This document shows positions 12,979 to 26,012 of a stretch of DNA of 64,000 bases, in pieces (position 1 is the stretch's first letter; each line of letters starts with the position of its first letter). The position numbers and the translations under genes were made by a program. The notes under the pieces were generated by a model, which saw nothing but the letters and a program-made list of their open reading frames with translations, did no database searches and was not told the DNA's origin. Source of the stretch: Squalus acanthias (Eukaryota); the NCBI GenBank assembly GCA_030390025.1, contig CM059431.1, positions 119,042,001-119,106,000 of the forward strand, written 5' to 3'.

Positions 12979-14735
12979 GGCCAGAATTTTCCAGAGGGTC
13001 AGCGGGCAGGATTGGTGGCGGGTCGAGTGGGAACTTTGATTTTTTTGACAGCGGGTTGGGAACCCGTTGTCATCCCAACGCAACGCGCCTTTCCCAATGG
13101 CACGTCTGTGATCTCGGATCGGACTTGATCCGCAGAGGCGGGCAACCCAATTTTAACAATTATTGGTTTGTTGACAGACCCTTAATAATGGTTTGAATCT
13201 TACCTTTTAACTTTAACTGCTCGCCCGCGGGGTCCACGCTGCTCATGGAACACGTCTGTTAACCTGAGGCGGGAGTTGAATGGCCATTGAATCAGTTGAT
13301 TAGTTGACAGCTTGAAATGTACTATAAAAGCTCTCACCTCACAGCTGTTCATTTTCCGAGCACCCAAGCTGTTGCTTACTGCATTTGGAAGACAGATTGA
13401 GCTTTATGCAGGTTGCAAGTGTTTGGAGCAAACTCTCTATCCCGTGTCACCTCATTGGAACAACCTCTCTCACGACTGACAGATTGCTTCTGTCATCTCA
13501 ACTTCACCTGCCATCTATTCCATCAGCATGGGTACTGTTTATACTGTTTCACCTTGGTCCTCAGAATCTGACCACGACCAGCCCCCAATACCAGCAGCAC
13601 CAGGCACACCAGCAGCACCAACAACAACACCAACCTTCTCCGCAATCAACTGATGCTGCACAGGACAGAGGGCATCAGCACCCGACCACATTGCTGCCCG
13701 GGAGGCCAGGGATGGCCTCACCATAGTCAGATTTACTTTACTTGTCGCTGTACACCCTGGCTGCCACATGATGTGCCAAGTTGGCACCACCCCACAGCAA
13801 CACTATAAAGCATCCCTACAATGTCCAAGCTATTCCTTTCACACTCATCACCATTTCAGGGGCGGGGGGGGGGGAGGTGGTGGGGGGGGCGGGGGTTGGG
13901 GGGGGCTGCGGGTACCATTATGTCTCACACAAAGTGTTGAAAATAAAGGTTTCAATGTTTTACAGCACATTAACAGAAATGTTACATGAACATTGGATAA
14001 AACACCCAAGTGGCAATCCTTGCGTGTTGTTAGTTGGTATGATTGCACTAAGATGAGGGTGAGTGTGAGGGGTGGCTAGTGAGATGGGGATGTAATAATG
14101 TAGATAGAGAGAGGGGGATGGGTTGAGGTGCAAGGTAATTTGGTGTGAGTAAGGATGTGCAAGTGTAGGGTAGGGAGGGCAGAGTGTCGGGGATGTGATG
14201 AGAGGCTCAGCAGGATGAAGGTGAGTGTGGTTTTGTACTCACGTTTCCTGATCTAATGAGACCATTGAAAGGTTTGCCCCACTGTACCCAGGTCCTCCAG
14301 ACGACATCCCTGCTTGTGCCCTCCTCTGCAATGTGCCACCAGGCTGTCTTGGTCTCCTGGAGAGGTCTCTCCCGCCCATTGGAAGGGAAGAGGACCTCTC
14401 TGCGTGCTGTGACTCCCTCCATAAGCATATGGTGGGAGTCATGGGAGAACCTGGGTGCAGCCCTGCACCTCTGTGCAGTGATTGTCAGTGTTTGCAGCAC
14501 TTCAGTGCTGTAGAATACTGACAGCACAAACGTCAAAAAGTAAGGTGGCCATGGTCCCTTTAAGGAAACCGGCTGATGACGTGTCATGAGTGACGTCACC
14601 AGACCTACTCCATCTAATTGGGCCGGGAAACGCTCGGTAGGCATTTTAGGCAGCAGGATGGAGCCAGCAGCGGGGCCGCAACCCGCCACTGACATCGCCC
14701 ACACCAGACCCGCCGAGGTGAGCAAAATCTCGGCC
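12979..14735. mobile_element. Non-autonomous Harbinger deletion derivative, copy 2 (both ends present)
   Basis: TIRs GGCCAGAATTTT and AAAATCTCGGCC; flanks aat/agt (3-bp TSD with one mismatch); Myb/SANT exon 1 on - near 14230-14480. Confidence 0.85.
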
Positions 14736-15049
14736 AGTATTCTTGCAAATTGGCCTTGGTACCATTTACCAAAAATCCTGTACCCTACACTGGGAATGAA
14801 GGAGAAATTGTATTTTTAACTCCATACCCACACCAGAATTGTTTTTGAAGCAATATCTCGAATGATAAAAGAAACAGCGGGCAGAACTTTCAACTTCAGC
14901 AGGAGGCGTAATATGGGCGGTAGTGGATCAGCCACCCGCTATACCCCTGCCGATTTTCCTTTCCATTGAAGTCAATGATCTGCTACCAGCAGTTATAAAG
15001 CTCAGCGGGATTACTTCCAGCAGCCAGATTTGGGTACGCAGAAACCTGA

Positions 15050-18000
15050 AAATTGGGTCTCTGGCTATGACGTATTCATCCATGGAAAGGGTGGCCACCT
15101 GCATGGAGCATCACACACAGCATTCAAACAAGTGCATGCTTGCTCTCACCAACAGCTTGCACACTCTGAATGCCACCTTAAGAAGGATGGACAGAAACCT
15201 AGACTTGGCTGTTCATCGCCCCACTGATGTGCAGCAAAGTGCTCTGCAGCTCCTTGCTAGCAGGGGAGTGCAGGTGGGGCATGAGAGGGATGATGGAGAA
15301 AGGGGACATAGAAGTGGGGACTCTGCTCAAAGCGCTTCCACTTCTCCCTCTTTGCTGCCCTCGGTCAGAGCTCCACATGCTGCCTCGTGTCCCGATGGCT
15401 GAGTCTGCCCCTGCACAGCTGCAGGAGGAGCAGTCTTTGGCGGGGCCCTCACGGGCTCCAAAACCCGGAGGACATCTAAGCTGTCTGAGCAGTGAAGTGA
15501 GCAGCCTGCCTCTACCTCTGCTGAAGCCACAGGGGTTGCACCACGTAGAAGTGGTAGGAAGAGGAAGATGAAAGAATTCTAGATTCACAAGGGTATGCAC
15601 ATGGGCGTGTTAGGCAATGTTGCACTGTTAAGGTTATGTTATTTCTTTGCACCACTTTCCCGTCTTGCCCATTTTTGCCTGCTGCCTGGCAAGTGACCTT
15701 GTCACTTGTAATGAATGTTAAGACTTGACTTAACTGCGAGCAAGTGGGTGTCTGAAACAGGGATGGTTTGGTAATTTTAGGACTGGTTGTGCTGGGGGAA
15801 AGTTGGTTCAGCATCTGGGTGCTAGATGGGTATACTCGTGCAACCTAACTAAATCGTGCCATTATGAGGCCATTCGGGGTATCCCGGGCAGCAATGTGCA
15901 CCACTGCTAGTGCCATGTTCACATCAAGTTCCTCCTTCTGTTCATCCTCCTCCTCCTGTTTCTCCTCCTCTGAAGAGGCTGTGTGCTCTGCGCCTTGCTC
16001 CTCCAGCAGCTCCAACCCTCACTGCTGCGCTCTGTTGTGCAGAGTGCAGCATACCACGATCATTCTGGAAACTCTGGCTGATGCGTATTGAAGGGCTCCT
16101 CCAGATCTGTCCAGGCATCTGAAGCGCATCGTCAGCATCCCGATTGCTTGCTCTATTACACATCTCATCGTCATTTGGCCTTGATTGTAGCACTCTTCAG
16201 GTTTCATTGCTTGGCCTCCTCAAGGGTGTCATCAGCCACGTCTTCAGTGGATACCCCTTGTCTCCAAGCAGCCAGCCAGTAAGTCTGGTCAGAGTTGCAG
16301 AGAGCTGAGGGAGGGTGGACTGGCGCAGGACGAATGAACCATGACAGCTTCCTGGGAATCTGGCACACGCATGTATGATGATCTTTTGTGGCTGCAAACG
16401 AGCTGCACGTTGATGGAGTGGAAGCCCTTATGGTTCACCAACACTCCTGGGTGATCTGGGGGTGCCTTGATGGCCACATGTGTGCAGTCGATGATGCCAC
16501 AAAGCCGAGTGCCCGCTCATTCTGACTGGCTTCATTGGTGGCAAAGTGTGCATAACTGCCCACCCTGGCAAACATGGCATTGGTCTCCTGGGTGATTCAT
16601 TTGTGGGCGGCCGATTGCAAGATCCTGCAAAGATCTCCGGCAGATCCTCCCTGGAAGGAGCGTGAGACGAAGAAGTTGAGGGCTGTGGTGACTTTGACAG
16701 CCACTGGTAAAGCATGCCCATCAGGTCCTCTTGGCAGTAGGTCTTCTTCCAACAGGCTACAAATGTCTGCCACAACCTGACGGATTAGCCTGAGCCTCCT
16801 GAGGCACTGGTGCTCAGTCATGTCCAAGAAGCTGGTCCTCTGCCGATATGCCCTGTGTTGTGGGTATCGCCTCCTGCGAGGTGCACCCCTGTACTCAATA
16901 CCTCTCTCCTGTGGAGTGGCAGGTCGTCAGGCTGCTGCTTCTCCTGCTGGTGCTGCCGGTGTTGTTGCTGCTGGTGCTCATTTTGGTCCTCATCTGAGGT
17001 CCGAGGTGAAGCAGCATAAGGGACACCCATGCTGATCTGATAGATGTAAGATGTGCGGAAATTGCCCCTCGCCCCATCAAATAGTTTCCAAAGTTCAGAC
17101 CTGTCGAACAGACAACACAAAATCCAATGAATCTGTGAAAACTTCTTTTACTTAAACATCAGCAAGAGATTACAAGTAATCTGATAGTCTTGTAACGTAT
17201 AATAATTCCCAATTATACCTAAACATACACAGAGCTATCCCTTTACTTTAAGCTCAAGCAAAACAAAACCACATACATACTAACACCAATGAGTGGTCAA
17301 TTCGACTGTGACTAGACGTATGATTTCTGGCAACTGACCAGGTCATCCCTCCCGACTGCAGCCCCGAGTGTTTTGAAACAGCACCTGTTATACCCCAAAA
17401 TTTGGCAACCCTCCCACTGCGTACGTGTCCCTAACTATACGGCATAATGGTCATCAGTTGTTTCTCAGACCCTCTTATCAATAGTCCGTTAGGCATCATG
17501 GGCCTTCAAGATTACATTCCAAAGTCTGATGATGTTTCCACAGTTCAATAGTCTGTTCCCACAGGACTCTCAAAGCATGCCTTCCTTATCTTGGTAAAAG
17601 GCAGCTGGCAGGCTTTCACAGCATACAGCCATAACAATTCATTTAGCAAAGTTCTGTTCTCGCCCAAGGTCGTCTTTGTCTGTGAACAGTTTTTCACACA
17701 AGTTCCCACAGGAATCTCTCAACTTCCCGAAGCATGCTGGTATATCAAAATGTGGTCAAGTTTGTTTTCAGTTTTGGTCAAGTTACAGCATAATTTACAG
17801 CAAATGACTTATTGTTACATAGATGACAGATGTAAAGTTAAATCAGACGTACAATCCTCCAATGTAGTGAGAGTGACCTCCAATGTAGTGAAAATGATCT
17901 CCAAAGTTGTAGAAATCACCTGCAAACGCCTGAAAGCAAACTCTCAGAACAAGTGCTGTGAGCAAAAGCCTTTCTCTTAGGCAACGAACCAGGTGTGAGG

Positions 18001-18358
18001 TCTCAGTATTTATGGAATTCTTTGACTGTCATTTGTTCAGCTCCCTCAATTGCCGCTCTGCTCTCGCCTTGCTTTCACTGGTGAGGTTCAGCAAGCCCGG
18101 GAATCCCATGGACACCCAGTAAAAATTCAAACCGCGGGTAAAAAAAGGCTCTTAATAGTCTCTTAACTAGTTGTTAATTAATTTAAATAACTAACCTGCC
18201 TTTCCCGAGAAGGTTTCTCGCTCGCAGCCGAACGCGCTCCAGTTAAATGCGGAAGCTGATGGGTTGAAGTCGGCTTCTTGATGCGCTGTCAATTTCAACA
18301 CTTTTAACTACCCGCCCGCTTCCAAACCCATTCACTCTTTGATTTTCAAATTCAGGCC
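15050..18358. mobile_element. Truncated formerly autonomous Harbinger element
   Basis: Myb-gene tail on + (15050-15600) converges with a transposase on -. Right end is caaattcaggcc followed by taa. Left boundary is unclear; a separate TIR-like start gggcagaacttt lies at 14879. Confidence 0.75.
15850..17030 (-). pseudogene. Harbinger (HARBI1-type) DDE transposase, frameshifted
   Basis: [62 protein letters not shown] and CCTLHN are spread over several frames. Confidence 0.92.
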
Positions 18359-18988
18359 TAAGACGCTGGCCGCTGCCGGCCTGCACTCACCACTCCCTTC
18401 GGATCATACCTCCGCCCCCCTCTGATTGCCTCCACCCTTCCTGATTGCCTCCCTCCACGAAATAACCTGTGGGCCTGTGCTGGCATCTGAGCCAGCCAAA
18501 ATTGGACAGACGTGACCGCTTGTTGCATCAGGGTACCCAGTTGGTGCCCGCAGCTCAGGATATAATATCGATGAGGCCCGAGGACTGATTTAGGCTGATC
18601 CTCAGTGCTCTACGTTCAGGTGAACCTTGGCTGCACGCTGCAGAGATCATGCCTGGTTTCAGGCACTAACAAATTTAGGCCTCCCTCCATTTCCTAGCAA
18701 TGGAATTATTTAATTGGGTTATCGTAGAGAGAAGGGCTTCATTGTCTCAACCCTTAATTCCCTACCCTTCATAGTAGGTGAAACAGGACAGCTGACCCAG
18801 TCCCAGGACCCTGCTCCTGTCTGCTATCAGGGCTGACCGTGCGTTGGCTTCATGTGGTTGGAAGCAGCTTCGGTTTTGTCCATTCACCATATTTACATGC
18901 TGGCTGCTGAAGTGGGGATGGAGGGGACCAGCACCAAGATTGGCAGCCAGAGAACCTCCCTTCAGGCCTTCAAATGACAGTAGCGCCT

Positions 18989-19432
18989 GAACAACAACAA
19001 CAACTTGTATTTATATAGCACCTTTAACGTATTAAAACATCCCAAGGCGCTGCACAGGAGTATTTTAAGACAAATAAATTTGACACTGATCAACATAAGG
19101 ATAAATTGGGGCAGGTGACCAAAAGCTTGGTCAAAGAGGTAGGTTTTAAGGAGCTTCTTAAAGGAGGAGAGAGAGGTAGCGAAGCAGAGAGGTTTAGGGA
19201 GGGAATTCCAGAGCTTAGGGCCTTGGCAACAGAAGGCACGGCCACCAATGGTTGAGCGATTAGAATCAGAGATGCTCAAGAGGGCAGAATTAGAGGAGTG
19301 CGGATATCTCGGGGGGTTGTGGGGCTGAAGGAGATTACAGAGATAGGAAGGGGCGAAGCCATGGAGGGATTTGAAAGCAAGGATGAGAATTTTGAAAACG
19401 AGGCGTTACTTAACCGGGATCCAATGTAGGTC
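18989..19432 (-). mobile_element. L2-clade LINE 3' end
   Basis: GGRAFCCQGPKLWNSLP...LKTYLF peptide and a tail ending tatataaatacaagttgttgttg. Confidence 0.85.
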
Positions 19433-19534
19433 AGACTCCCACAATGGGGCATGGGACTTTCATGCCTGCCCACCTGATATCTGAACTTAATATTAATGTT
19501 TATATAAGCCTGCATGTGACCTCCTTAACTCGCT

Positions 19535-19645
19535 GTAAAGGGAATCAAGGGATATGGTGATAGTGCGGGAAGATGGAGTTGAGGTAGAAGATCAGCCATA
19601 ATCTTACTGAATGGGGTCGAAGGGCCAAATGGCCGACTCCTGCTC
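19535..19645 (+). mobile_element. CR1 3' UTR fragment
   Basis: gatcagccat...gaatgg...ggccgactcctgctcctatttc matches 46320-46400. Confidence 0.8.
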
Positions 19646-21136
19646 CTATTTCTTAAGTTCTTATTGCATTGTTAAATTATTTAAATGTGTTCATAGGTGA
19701 AGTAGAACAAGGCACCGTATTTTCCAAATGGATTATTATTTAATATCAATATTAATATTGTGTATTTTGTGCATTTTTTTGTTTTATCTATGAAATATGT
19801 GGTGGTTTGAAATCTTCAAAAAGCTTGTACACAAAGAAGTAGGAAAGGGAAGAAAACAAATTGACCATCTACCTCACCCTGTCATCTAAGAGCTGATGTC
19901 TCAATGTTTGTGACATGCCGTGAAAAGGCAAGGCTCCCCGTCGTAGTTTTAATGCTAGATGTGTGAAATTGAAAGAATAAGGTTATGGAAGAAATCTTAT
20001 TATTTAACTCTACTTATCAAATATATTATTTGCAGTCAACTTTAAAATTCTTGGGTCAGGTGTAATGCATCCCTTTGAAACACGATTTACTTATTTTATA
20101 TGGATTTGGAGTTATTTAGTTATCTAATATGTAATCCCCACCCATTAATTGTCTGTAGTTAAGCTTAGTTAATTCGACACTTATTTATGCTAATCCTAGT
20201 CATGTATTAGACATTCTTCCTACATTGTTGCACCTTTCCTCTGAGCTCTTGCTTTGTTTCTGTCCTCTTGTTCCTTACTATTGCCTGTTCTTTCCATCTC
20301 AACATGATCCAAAGCCTTGGATCAGCGATGGCCAAATCATGGCTCTTTTACCTTTTCATATTAGTACAGCTGTTTGACTTGGTAGCTGCAGCAGCCAAAC
20401 AAGTGGGAAGTGCCATTTCATGTGAGAATAGAGTTTTCAAGGGGGCATAATTGCTGCTTACTCGGCAATGGGACCAGAGTGGGAAAAGTGCTAAACAGGG
20501 AATACAACCAGTGCTCAACAAGAAGTGGGACCAGAGTTTATAATCAGCACACAGTAGGCCTGGAACTTACAAGCAAGGCAATGGCGGGACCAGCAGTTCA
20601 TACTGAATGGGAAGTAGCAACGATGTGGTGAGTGGGCAGCAGTACAAAGAGAGCAGTGGCGGCAAAAAAGGAGAAGGTAACAAAGTGATGAAGGAAACAA
20701 AGTGATGAAGGAAACAAAGCCATGGATTAAGGTTCGGTTTGGCAATTCTGGTTGGAGGCATTCCTGGAGGTTTGATCACATGACGTTCTGACCACGTGAA
20801 ATCTGATCACGTGATACAAGACTACGTGATGCATGATCACATGACATTTGCAAATGGTTCTGCATCTCTCTCCCTATCTCCTCGGACTGTGGTTTAGACT
20901 CAGGATCTGTGTGAAGGTGACAACTCTGAACTGGGAGCCTCGGTCAGAGCCAATCTGTACTTGGAAATGTCAAAACTGGCCCACACAGGTTGACCTGAAC
21001 TAAACCGAGAGATTGCACAAAGGGTAGGGAGCTCGGTGTTTGGGGCACTTCTCACAGGGCACATGGTCTTAAACTCAGCTCCGCACCAACCTTTCTAAAC
21101 CACTCCTGGGCTCGGACTCAATAAAGGAGAATTTTT

Positions 21137-21350
21137 ATAGAATTACAGAAGTTATGGCAGAGGAGGCCATCTGGCCCCCAGTGCGTGTGCCAGTGCTGGT
21201 GCTCTCCCCTATAACCCCATTCCCCTGATCCTTTTATACTCCTCCTTTTCAAATCTTTATCCCAGTCCCTTTTAAATGATGTTCTAGTCGCTGCCTCAAT
21301 AGCCACTTGTGGTAAAGCATCCGATTGTCTAACAGCCCTTAGCTCAAGAA
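21137..21350 (-). mobile_element. Old CR1 3' fragment
   Basis: Minus-strand ALPQVAIEAATRTSFKRDWDKDL peptide and a CR1-like tail. Confidence 0.55.
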
Positions 21351-21630
21351 CCTTCCTTCTCTCTCTTTCTCTCCCTGACACTCCATCCTTCGACCCCCCT
21401 ATCCCCATTCCCCAGTCTCCCACGCTCTCCCTGAGTCCCCATCTCAAATCTCCCCCTTTACCCCCACCCCAATTCTCTCGCTCTCTCTCCTCCCAACCCT
21501 ATCCCAATTCTCCCTCTCACCCCATCCCCATTCTCTCTATCTCGCTCCCTTGACCCCCAATCCTTAGTATCTCTCCCTCCCCAACCTCCTTTCCTCTCTC
21601 ACACCCATTCTCTCTCTCTCTCCCTTTCTG
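21350..21630. repeat. CT-rich low-complexity tract
   Basis: Almost purely pyrimidine on +, with repeated ccccatcccca/ttctctc motifs. Confidence 0.85.
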
Positions 21631-22367
21631 ACATGCTAAGTGCTGCCTAATTGGGTCTTTCGTTGGGGGTGAAGTTAAACCTTCTGTAGAATAATATGCG
21701 TTTTACTAAAAAGTATACAAGAGCATTTTCAGATATGAATTGCTGTCCTCCTGTCCCAGCATGGTGTAAAAATGAGCTCTCCTTGGAATAGACGTGAGGG
21801 AGAAAGAAGACAAATGGAGTAGAAGGTCCAGGATTTGCCATGAAGTGTTTTTAATATGTTAGCATTGAGCTGAATTTTGGAGGGCTGGATATTTATGAGA
21901 AGTATGCAAACATTAAGACCGCTGTCCTTCTTCGGAATTCCATGTTCGGCTTCACCTCTGTGGGCAGATCTGATTGTAACCTTCAACATGTAATATCAAA
22001 GCACAGACTGACGTTCCACATTTCAGCATTGTTACATTCATGTACAGCGGAGTAGAAACCAGGCTCCTGATATTCCTCACCTGTGAGCCTGGGGAACACT
22101 CAGTTCCCAGGTACAAGGGAGAGGAAAAGGAAACAGTAAGCTTGTGTCTATTTGTTAGTTGGTGTTTTTTCTGGCTTCTGAGCTGTGAAGCATTGATCAG
22201 CCCTTCCTCAGCTGTATTAATTCATTCTCTTGCCAGCATTCCTTTCGTGGCACTTTGAGAATCCTAAATATGGGTATTTCCAAAAGAAATAGATTGCCAA
22301 GCTTTCATTAATAGCACAAAATTGATTCCCTCCACAAAAAAAGTCATACAATCCCTTAAAACATTCT

Positions 22368-23258
22368 GGGGGAAAAATTTGGTTGATTAGCGCCTCCCGT
22401 TAGTGCCCTAAGAGGGCGCTAACGGGGCGCAAAGCAACTAGCGCCCGGGCACGGCGATGTTTACGCCGCTCGTGAAATTGACCAGACATTTTGCGGTGGC
22501 ACTAGCCACTACCACCACGATCTCCTGCGCCTGCAGATCATGACGTCAGTCGAGTGTGCAACGCCCCGGTAGTGCCCTGGACTGGATATTGAGTGGCGCC
22601 CCCTGCCTTACCACCTGCCGCTAGCAACAACAGGTAGAGGGGAACGTTTTGCAGTCGGGAAGGGACTGGGGGAGTGCTATTTAAAGGCGGCCGCTTCCTG
22701 CCTCTTTTTGTCGGCGACATTTTTGCACCACGCATTCTGAGAGAGAGGGAGAGACTTCTGAAGAGATTCAACGCTGTGTGAAGGAGTTTTAGGTAGTGAG
22801 CAGCACTTTGCAGGTTCATTTTGATTTGACCTTCCTTGCATCGATTTAGAAGAGACTTGGGGGCTGCACTCTGAGCTCTTTCCCTGGGCATCTCCATTGT
22901 TCTTTCCAGCAGATTTGATGTACAGGTCTCTCCAGGCTGAGATTCAAGGCTGCAATGAGCAGGGTTTTGCTGGAGAGCAAGATCGACCCTCCCCTTTAAG
23001 AACTGGCCGGCGCCAGTGTGTCTGTCTTCCATTGCTAACTGACGTCACATGAGCTTCGCCAGCGCTCTGAGGTAGCGCCTCGCTCCTCGGTGTTAGCACC
23101 TTAAGAGAGGTGTGTAGCACCTGATTTAGCGCCCAAAACACCTCCAGGGGCGATAAAAGCCAAGTTTGCAGTCGGAGGCGATAATTAGTGCCAGGCACTT
23201 AACTTTGCGCCCGGTCGATAATTGCGCCCCAAACGGGGCGATACCGAATTTCTCCCCC
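22368..23258. mobile_element. Harbinger MITE, complete; deletion relative of 55146-61656 in opposite orientation
   Basis: TIRs GGGGGAAAAATTTGG and CCGAATTTCTCCCCC; TSD TCT/TCT; both halves align to the termini of the 55146-61656 element. Confidence 0.92.
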
Positions 23259-24849
23259 TCTGGGTTGATTAGTGCCATAACAAGTTGATGAAACAACATA
23301 TTGAACCAAGCAGTAGTAGGCTGTAGGTTTTCATCTGTAGTTGTCCACACTGGCTGAAGATTTCCCCTGTGGGCTAGGTGTAGCTAAACTACAAGCCAGT
23401 TTACCATAAAGGTGTTTGCAAATTTGCTACATGTAGCACACAGGAGAAATCTTCATCCAGTGTCGGCACAGAGGACATCTCCCACTGTAAGCTCTCAATC
23501 TTGAGCAGGTCATCCAAGCAAGATGCTGTGGCCTGCATTGTTGCGCAATTTGCACAAACGCCCAAGATAATCAGACTGAAGTTATCACGCTTCAACTTTA
23601 TAATTTTAGTCCTCGTGGAGCTAACCCTGTCAATAATCATTAAGGCCACAGAGGGATGGGCAGATGGTGGAGCATAAAGCTGACAAGTTCAAAGCGAAGC
23701 AAAACCTTGTGTATCTTTGTTGAGTTTTGTGGGGGGAATAACTTTTCAGCAGGCATGAATACACTGAAAAGAATAGATTAGGAGGCCTGAAGCAAGCAAG
23801 GAGGCTTGCCACTGGATTTCAAAACTAAGTAGTAAGGCAGATAAGTTTGTATAAGGGTAAATTTTCCACGTGCGCACTTCTGGCACGGAGCCCTGGCTGT
23901 CAGGACTCTATATCAGGAAATCACATGATTTTCTCTCCATTCATTTTTCTGCGTAGTTTCTTTTGGGTTAAATAGTTCATCTGAACTAATCTTCTTTAAA
24001 GGGTTGTTCTCCCATTTCCTGCCTTCCCCATTTCTCTTGAAAACAGGGCGGTAGGGGAAACTTTCATCTCCCCACCTCCCTGTTTGCACTTAAAAATGGA
24101 GTGGTAGTGGGATCATAATTACACGTGTAGTGGAGGTTCCACCTGTTTCGCGGACAGATCCTGGCAGTGGGAGCTCCTGCCGGAAGCAGACAGAAGCCTT
24201 GTGAATATTTGTTAATTGGGGTGAAATGACGTCATTATGCCTCCTGACGTCATTTAGGTCTCTGCTCACCGGATAACCGCCAGTTCCTGCTCCCGCCCTC
24301 CAATCATAGATGATAAAAGTCGGGAGGCAGCCAGGTTGAACATCCATTAAAGGGATCCGTGGCTGCAGTCGAGCACCCCTGGAAGCAGATCTGGCACTCA
24401 TTCTCACTGCGGTTGCTTGTGGGTTTTGAGCATTAAAGGCTTCCTTATTTAATCTCCCTGCTGCTATTGGTGCTGCAAAAATTTGCCTGCTGTTCAAAAC
24501 TATGATGCTTCCTTTCACTCCCACTGCTTTCACCCCTCCCCTTTAAGGTGCAGCCGAAGGCCCTTAAAAATCGGCTGCCCTGCTGATTTTCCCAGCCCCA
24601 GATCAATGAGCTGCCTATACGGAACACGTTGCATGCTGGCAGCTCACCGAATTAATGTAAATGAGACCCAAACAAGAAAATGGCTCGGGCCAAAGACTGA
24701 CTCCTTTGGGTGAGCGCAGCCCATAGCCTACCCGATTTACACTGGAATTGAAAATCGCCTGGAGTACAGTTCCATGATCAGTGGGTGCCCTCCAGTACAG
24801 TACCCAAGTGATCATTGTTCTTGACTGGGAGGGTTGGCAAGTTATTTTA

Positions 24850-25060
24850 ACATAGCTGAGCCTGATCTGGTCCTTACTTGTAGCTCATGCACCAGTACTT
24901 ACAGCTTAGGGTTGCTAGATTGCTATCTGGGCAGGAAGCATGACCAATTTTCTTTTCCCTTACTCGGGTTCTGAGGCCAATTATAGCCCTCCTACTGCCT
25001 CCCTGAGATTAGCACAGACCAGGACTGAACCTGGGACCTTCTTGGTCAGTATAGCTCAGC
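24850..25060 (-). mobile_element. Old tRNA-derived SINE-like fragment
   Basis: Reverse complement contains gaaggtcccaggttcagtcctggtctgtgct (B-box-like). Family not assigned. Confidence 0.4.
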
Positions 25061-25374
25061 TTTCCATAAAAACGGAGCGATCAGGTGACCTAATCCTGTT
25101 GTTTTTGATTAACGTTATAAATTTGTAACGTAGTTCCTGTGAATGATGGACCTCTTAAATATAATAGAGATGTGCCATGTGGACCTCTTCCTTATTACAT
25201 CACAAGACTGGGAAGCCAACTGGCATATGAGCTGCAATCCAAGTGACACCTGCTAAAGAAACAATAATGTATCTTGAACTGTAAAAGGATGGCAATGGCA
25301 AGAAATGCAACCTGGTCAAATGGGAATTCAAGCAAGTCATTTGCCTGTAAGTGAAAAAACTGCAGCCTTAAAAA

Positions 25375-25785
25375 AAAAAGCTTTGCATTTATATCGTACC
25401 TTTTTCACAATTCTCAGAAACATCCTTAAGTGCATCAGAATGGCAGTTGTTATGCCGGCAAATATGACATTTTGAACACAGCAACATTCCTAGAAATACC
25501 ACTGAGATGAACAATCGGTTAATCTGTTTTTGGGTGTTGTTGATTAAGGAAACAGTATTGGCCAGAACACCCTGCTCACCGTTGAAGTAGTACCATGGGA
25601 TGTTTAACATCCAGCAGAATTACTAGAACAGGTACATAGCCATCATACATAGCCTGGCTTCTCCAACAACCTATCATTCCCTCAGTACTGCATCGAGATT
25701 AGTTGTTCAAGTTGTGGAGTGAGATTTGAACCCACCATTTCTGACTTAAAAGCAAAAGTGCTAACAACTATGTTGAGCTGAATAA
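25375..25785 (-). mobile_element. Deu-domain SINE (SacSINE1-like), degenerate full-length copy
   Basis: tRNA-like head, Deu-like core (tattggccagaacacc, ccatgggat) and L2-like tail; collinear with 60411-60710. Confidence 0.75.
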
Positions 25786-26012
25786 TATTCAGTTATATAA
25801 TAATAGTTCTTACCTTAGTTGAAGTATTGAATATGGGAATATAAATAATTGACCTTCTGCAATGACAGACACCTCGCAACCATCAGCACTGGCACACATA
25901 AATGTCTGGACCCAGTTGGTGACACACTGAATGAATGTTATACAGTTGATTTCGGGAACATGAGTGACAGCAGGGCCAGCAACCTTGAAAATCAAACTCA
26001 AAACAGAGACAG

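Noticed and set aside
15850..17030. Domesticated host HARBI1 or NAIF1 gene
   Set aside because: Several frameshifted copies lie within TIR-bounded elements, so these are transposon relics and no gene symbol is assigned.
17191..17819. Possible solo LTR (TGTAAC...GTTACA) within the Harbinger 5' region
   Set aside because: Termini are suggestive but the flanks (gtct / taga) give no TSD, so the boundaries are unsupported.
22040..22141. Upstream coding exon ending ACA/gtaagc
   Set aside because: The ATG frame is phase-incompatible with exon 32486 and the compatible frame has stops; at most an unsupported 5' UTR exon.
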